A stretch of 64,000 nt of DNA from Pocillopora damicornis (Eukaryota): positions 186,001-250,000 of the forward strand of contig NW_020844152.1 of assembly GCF_003704095.1 (NCBI RefSeq), read 5' to 3'. Every line of letters starts with the position of its first letter. Position 1 is the stretch's first letter. The notes beneath the pieces are model-generated. The model did not search any database. It had not been told where the DNA came from and was given only the letters and a program-made list of their open reading frames with translations. This document shows positions 51,904 through 64,000 of the stretch, piece after piece. The position numbers and the translations under genes were made by a program.

Positions 51904-54630
51904 TTAGAATCCTTCTGTTATGATTTCTGATCTCCTAGCAACGTCCTTAGTAACACAAGTTGGATTTGCAGGATAGTCATCTTCGTCGATGAAGAATTCC
52001 GTCTTGGTTGGTTTCTGGCACCACGTGGCAAATGACGATGCAATGGATTTATGCTGCACCTTGATTGAATTCCATTGAGCGTTAGAGATCACTTGTCCAT
52101 GATCAATACACGAATCAACATACAGTCCGATATTTGATGAGGCGAACACGGGCTTCATGGCTTTTAACGTTTTACTTCGGAATTTCTTGATCAGCTTCAC
52201 TTCTTTCTTGGAACATTTGTAAGGAGTAGAAGCACAAGGGATTTCCCAGATGTGACTCAACTGCCACGAGTCGTACAAAGAGTTCACGACAAACAGACGA
52301 CTTTTAACAAAACGTAAAAAGTACTGAGGGAAAATACATTTCCACAGGTCTTTCCCTGACATCTTCTTGACGCACTCTTGAGGGACCCCATCCGTACAGT
52401 CATGAAGCTTAAAAACATTCTGCATCGCCTTCCTGAATTTCTTCTGTTTTTTGTGTTTCCGTGAAGTTGTATCGAGGAAAAATCCTGAATCCGCAAGCGA
52501 TCTGAAATGTGCATGCTTGGGGAGTTTTGAACGGACATAATCGGCGTGAAGCATAACAGCGAGTCCTCCAGCAGAGGTACCAGAAAACACAACATTCCTG
52601 GCCTCTTTTAGACTTGTGTCAGACAACAATTCCGATATGGTCGAATCCAAGATTCTGAAGCCTCTAAAATACAACAACGAACCTTCAAACTCTACTGGGT
52701 CAGATCTGTTGCCTGAAAACGACGAACCATCACAGTATGGGAGATACGCCACGTTCCAGTCGTGGAATTCAGGATTTTCTTTAGCACTGTTTGATAAAAT
52801 TCCACCAGGATTACCAAGAGGTTTGAAGAAGAGAGAAGACCCCAGATGCATGCGGCTCCTTCCCGAACAAGCTTTCTCACTCTCGCACCATGCCCCACCC
52901 TGTAAGTAAATAATCCAGTTCTTGCCTGCTTCGGCAGATCCCTGTCTCACATAGTAACCCGGTGTGGACCCATCAAGACATACAGCGCCTATTTTGTCAG
53001 CATCTCTCACAGCGTGGTACACAAACCCGTTTGATGGTTGATTGTAATATTGCAAAAGGGAACTTTCCTCTGCAGAGTAAGTTCCCTGTGGTGCCTGTGG
53101 TGCCTGTGGTGCCTGTGGTGACTGTGGTGTTACTGTGTTGATGATTGGACCTGACGAAGGATAATACACAGATGGGTACTGCGTGGAATATTGTGTGTTT
53201 GAATTGGACTGCTGAACATCCGCTATTGGAATTTGACTTTCATTGAAGTTGTCATGGTGTGATTCCATTTCCTTTAAGTGATGGTCCAGTTGATGATGAT
53301 GATGATGAAGTCTGTTATGGTGATGGTGATGATGATGGTGATGACGTTTATGTTCATGATGCTTCTTTACTTTTTGAGCCTCCATTGTCACATTACTAAC
53401 GCTCCCGTTGAAGATTCCGCTGTCCGCGTGGTGACTGAGGGCTCGAGACGCGTCTGCTTCTTCGGTAAATGAATTATTTTGATGTTTGTGATGATGATGA
53501 TGATGATAATGTTTGTGAAGTTGTTTGTGGTAATGTCGATGTTGTTTACTGTGAAGCTGTTTATGTTCTTCACTATTGTTTCCTCTAAAAACATCCTTAT
53601 CGAGTTTCGAGAGGATTTCTTTCATATTGTGTGCGTAAGCCTTTTTCTTGTGCTCACCAGAAGAAGCTCCAGACTCATCCGAATTTGAGCCGCTTTTATC
53701 TGTGTATCCTTCAAACATAGAGCTTATATCTTCTCCTTTGTAGTGATGGCGGCCCAAAATGTCACTCTTACTCATCCCAGTTTCCTCTTTGTTTTCTTCA
53801 GATACCAACTGTCTTGCCTCTTCGTCAGTAATGGCATCGTCCAAGTAACTGTCATCATCCTCCTCTACTTCTGGACCCAGATCCCCATCGTTCTTGAAAT
53901 CTTTGAAGAGCTTGTCATACTCACTTTCACTGTCCCCCTCAGTAACCTTGCTTTTCTTATAAATATCGCTTCTTTTCCTCTGAACCTCACCTCCCTTTAG
54001 AACAGCGGGTGACATAACCTTCACCTTGGGTTCTTCTTTCTCTTCTTTTTGAGAGTCTTCATCGTTGTCATTTTCTTGTTCATCATCAGTGCTGCCGCTA
54101 CCGTCTTGTGCGTTTAATTCTTTCTCAGGAGTTTCGTTTCGTTCAACCTCGCCTTTACTATCCCCTGAGAAATCTGCACTCGTCTCCTCAGGACTGTCCT
54201 CCCCAGAAGATACCTGAGTCATTTTATCAACTGCCCCACGCGCAGAAGAATCTGTGGTGTCAGACTCTTGAATATCCACCATATAACTGTTTGGATAAAT
54301 TCCACTCCCTGACATGTATTCTTCATGAACTTCTCCACTTCCGCTGGGGTCATCCTCCTCGTTTGGGAAAGTACTTCCGCTAGACTCTTCGTTTTCGTCC
54401 AAACTATGAACCTTCTTCCCATGTGATGACCTAGCTATGACACTCTTTGCAAACTTTTGATCCGTTTGCACTGAGCCAGTTTTGTACCACAAATACTCGC
54501 CAGGTTTGCCAGACTTCGAAATATCTTGTTGAACTTTGCCAATTTCTGATTTCTGAATATGTCTTGAAGACACAAAAACAATCAGTGCTAAAGTGTACGC
54601 CAAACGTACATTTAAGGTGTGGTATAGCAT
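51904..54630 (-). CDS. Intronless secreted 908-aa protein: acidic Ser-Gly region, poly-His tracts, PQA repeats and a C-terminal pectin-acetylesterase/Notum-family esterase
   Basis: Single ORF with an N-terminal hydrophobic segment; AVCLDGS, YLQGGAWC, YCDGSSFSG, LYFRG, GTSAGG (GxSxG nucleophile, 52564-52581), ADSGFFLD, CIFPQY, NSLYDSWQL, SCIDH, YPANPTC. Confidence 0.9.
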   Translation of the reverse strand: MLYHTLNVRLAYTLALIVFVSSRHIQKSEIGKVQQDISKSGKPGEYLWYKTGSVQTDQKFAKSVIARSSHGKKVHSLDENEESSGSTFPNEEDDPSGSGEVHEEYMSGSGIYPNSYMVDIQESDTTDSSARGAVDKMTQVSSGEDSPEETSADFSGDSKGEVERNETPEKELNAQDGSGSTDDEQENDNDEDSQKEEKEEPKVKVMSPAVLKGGEVQRKRSDIYKKSKVTEGDSESEYDKLFKDFKNDGDLGPEVEEDDDSYLDDAITDEEARQLVSEENKEETGMSKSDILGRHHYKGEDISSMFEGYTDKSGSNSDESGASSGEHKKKAYAHNMKEILSKLDKDVFRGNNSEEHKQLHSKQHRHYHKQLHKHYHHHHHHKHQNNSFTEEADASRALSHHADSGIFNGSVSNVTMEAQKVKKHHEHKRHHHHHHHHHNRLHHHHHQLDHHLKEMESHHDNFNESQIPIADVQQSNSNTQYSTQYPSVYYPSSGPIINTVTPQSPQAPQAPQAPQGTYSAEESSLLQYYNQPSNGFVYHAVRDADKIGAVCLDGSTPGYYVRQGSAEAGKNWIIYLQGGAWCESEKACSGRSRMHLGSSLFFKPLGNPGGILSNSAKENPEFHDWNVAYLPYCDGSSFSGNRSDPVEFEGSLLYFRGFRILDSTISELLSDTSLKEARNVVFSGTSAGGLAVMLHADYVRSKLPKHAHFRSLADSGFFLDTTSRKHKKQKKFRKAMQNVFKLHDCTDGVPQECVKKMSGKDLWKCIFPQYFLRFVKSRLFVVNSLYDSWQLSHIWEIPCASTPYKCSKKEVKLIKKFRSKTLKAMKPVFASSNIGLYVDSCIDHGQVISNAQWNSIKVQHKSIASSFATWCQKPTKTEFFIDEDDYPANPTCVTKDVARRSEIITEGF

Positions 54631-55957
54631 GTCTGAAATTGAATCGCAGAGCTCGTCGAGCCTGCCAACAAGTTAAAATCGAATCAGATTTGGCTGAGGG
54701 CAAGTTCTTTGAACTTTTCCTGAGGTAATTTGATGTCACGCAGATCCAGGTACCTGTGTTCTCTCTTTAGCTCTTGCCTTGTTTGTTTTGATAGCAAATC
54801 ATTAAAATAAAGAAATATCGAGAGCTTGGCAGACAAATCTGTTGTTTGTCAAACCAAATCAACCAGGGCAAGATCCACGGTTTGGTTCACAAATCGTCTA
54901 TAATTAATCTTGAGTTAATGGAGCGGGTGGTTTAGCTGTGTAAAACACCACACCACCTGGTGACTTTTGAGTGCTCCGTCAGTAGAGAAGGTAATACTTT
55001 TCACAACAGTACTAAGACATTTAAACAACGATTAAGATGCGCGTGGCATTAAAGTAACCTGTAATCATCGATTAGAGAGTTTTCATTCTGCCTTTCTTGT
55101 GAGAGATCTGTTTATAAATTCTATATCAGTTGTTTTTAAAACAGGTCATGTGTTTTGATATAAAACATATTAGCAATATATTAAATCAGGCGAGTGATTC
55201 CATTCTTATGTGCTGTTGGTTGGATCTGACCGTGAAACGTTCACTTCAGTCTGCACAGAAATATAAAAAGAATGACATAAAATGCTACGCAGTGTACAAA
55301 TCCGACTTTAAAAAAATTAACCGACAAAGAAACTTGAAGAAAATATAGGCTCAGCTCTAGTAAATTAGTAATTAAATACATCCCCATGCAACACTGGGTA
55401 GACAAATTTCGACAGCCTTTGTTCCAAAAAAGCAGTGTAAATGACGCAAATATGTAAAAGATGAAAATTAATAGTTTTTACTTTTAAAAATAGGAAGGTC
55501 AGTGCTAGTGTCTGCAAATCCATTAAAGACAGGCGAGCCATTCATCTAAGACCACTTTCGCATACGAACAGGACGTAAAAAGAGTTTGCCATACAGCGTA
55601 ATGTCCCTGTAGTATTTTTTCACTCCCGTTTTCCAGCTATTTAGAACCTGGCGAGCATATTTCCAATATAAAATTATTTCAGTCGGCCATAAGTCGTTAC
55701 TACCAATTCCTATCCATCCACCATAGCTCAAGGCTCTCTTATTTTTGTGCCGAGATCTCTCCGCTAGTTTCTTTGTACACGTGGTTACTCCCAATCATTA
55801 ATGTCTGACTGGTATTTACTGTAATAGCTCCTTTTTTATCACAATGTGTTGAGCCCCGAGGGTGATGGGCCTCCTTAGTACGATGTCCGGCTGAGGTATC
55901 CCATACTGAATGTCAGAGTTAGTCAGTTGTTACGGTACAACTGTTGAAGGTTGTAAA

Positions 55958-63908
<7,951 letters not shown>

Positions 63909-64000
63909 CTAACCGGGTAAAGTACACAAATTCCTGTTTCATTGAAATTAATATTCCAGAGCAATCCCTTTGTGAAAATAATTACTGAAAACTAATAAGC

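Noticed and set aside
51904-53010. Calling the esterase a NOTUM ortholog
   Set aside because: Diagnostic motifs look plant-PAE-like rather than Notum-like, so no gene symbol is given without a phylogeny.

Overview
AT-rich, intron-rich animal DNA with five N-gaps. It is most likely a pocilloporid stony coral (Stylophora/Pocillopora-like), inferred from a gene I recognise as coral acid-rich protein 1 (CARP1). I reconstructed nine protein-coding genes by hand from splice sites: the 3' part of a laminin alpha chain (+, coiled coil plus LG1-5), a Cdc1/MPPE1-like metallophosphoesterase (-, 3' end not found), EB1/MAPRE (+), UDP-glucose 4-epimerase GALE (-), a LONRF RING/TPR/LON ligase (-), HDAC1/2 with a long C-terminal tail (-), CARP1 (-), an intronless 908-aa secreted acidic/His-rich protein ending in a plant-type pectin-acetylesterase (PAE/Notum family) domain (-), and ELP3 (-, 5' end outside the window). 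Non-coding content includes a ~240-bp hairpin-containing satellite, a 23-bp minisatellite, several MITE families, tRNA-derived SINEs, a Penelope-like RT fragment, and Penelope-type repeats carrying degenerate minimal hammerhead-ribozyme motifs, some as inverted pairs. Most interesting: (1) the PAE fusion gene lying next to CARP1, a possible skeletal-matrix module; (2) two consecutive U12-type introns in ELP3, one with rare AT-AG ends; (3) hammerhead-bearing foldbacks inside HDAC1 and ELP3 introns; (4) a D-box/E-box cluster at LONRF. No prokaryotic features, CRISPR array, rRNA or intact tRNA gene were seen. All homology calls come from motif recognition, not database searches.
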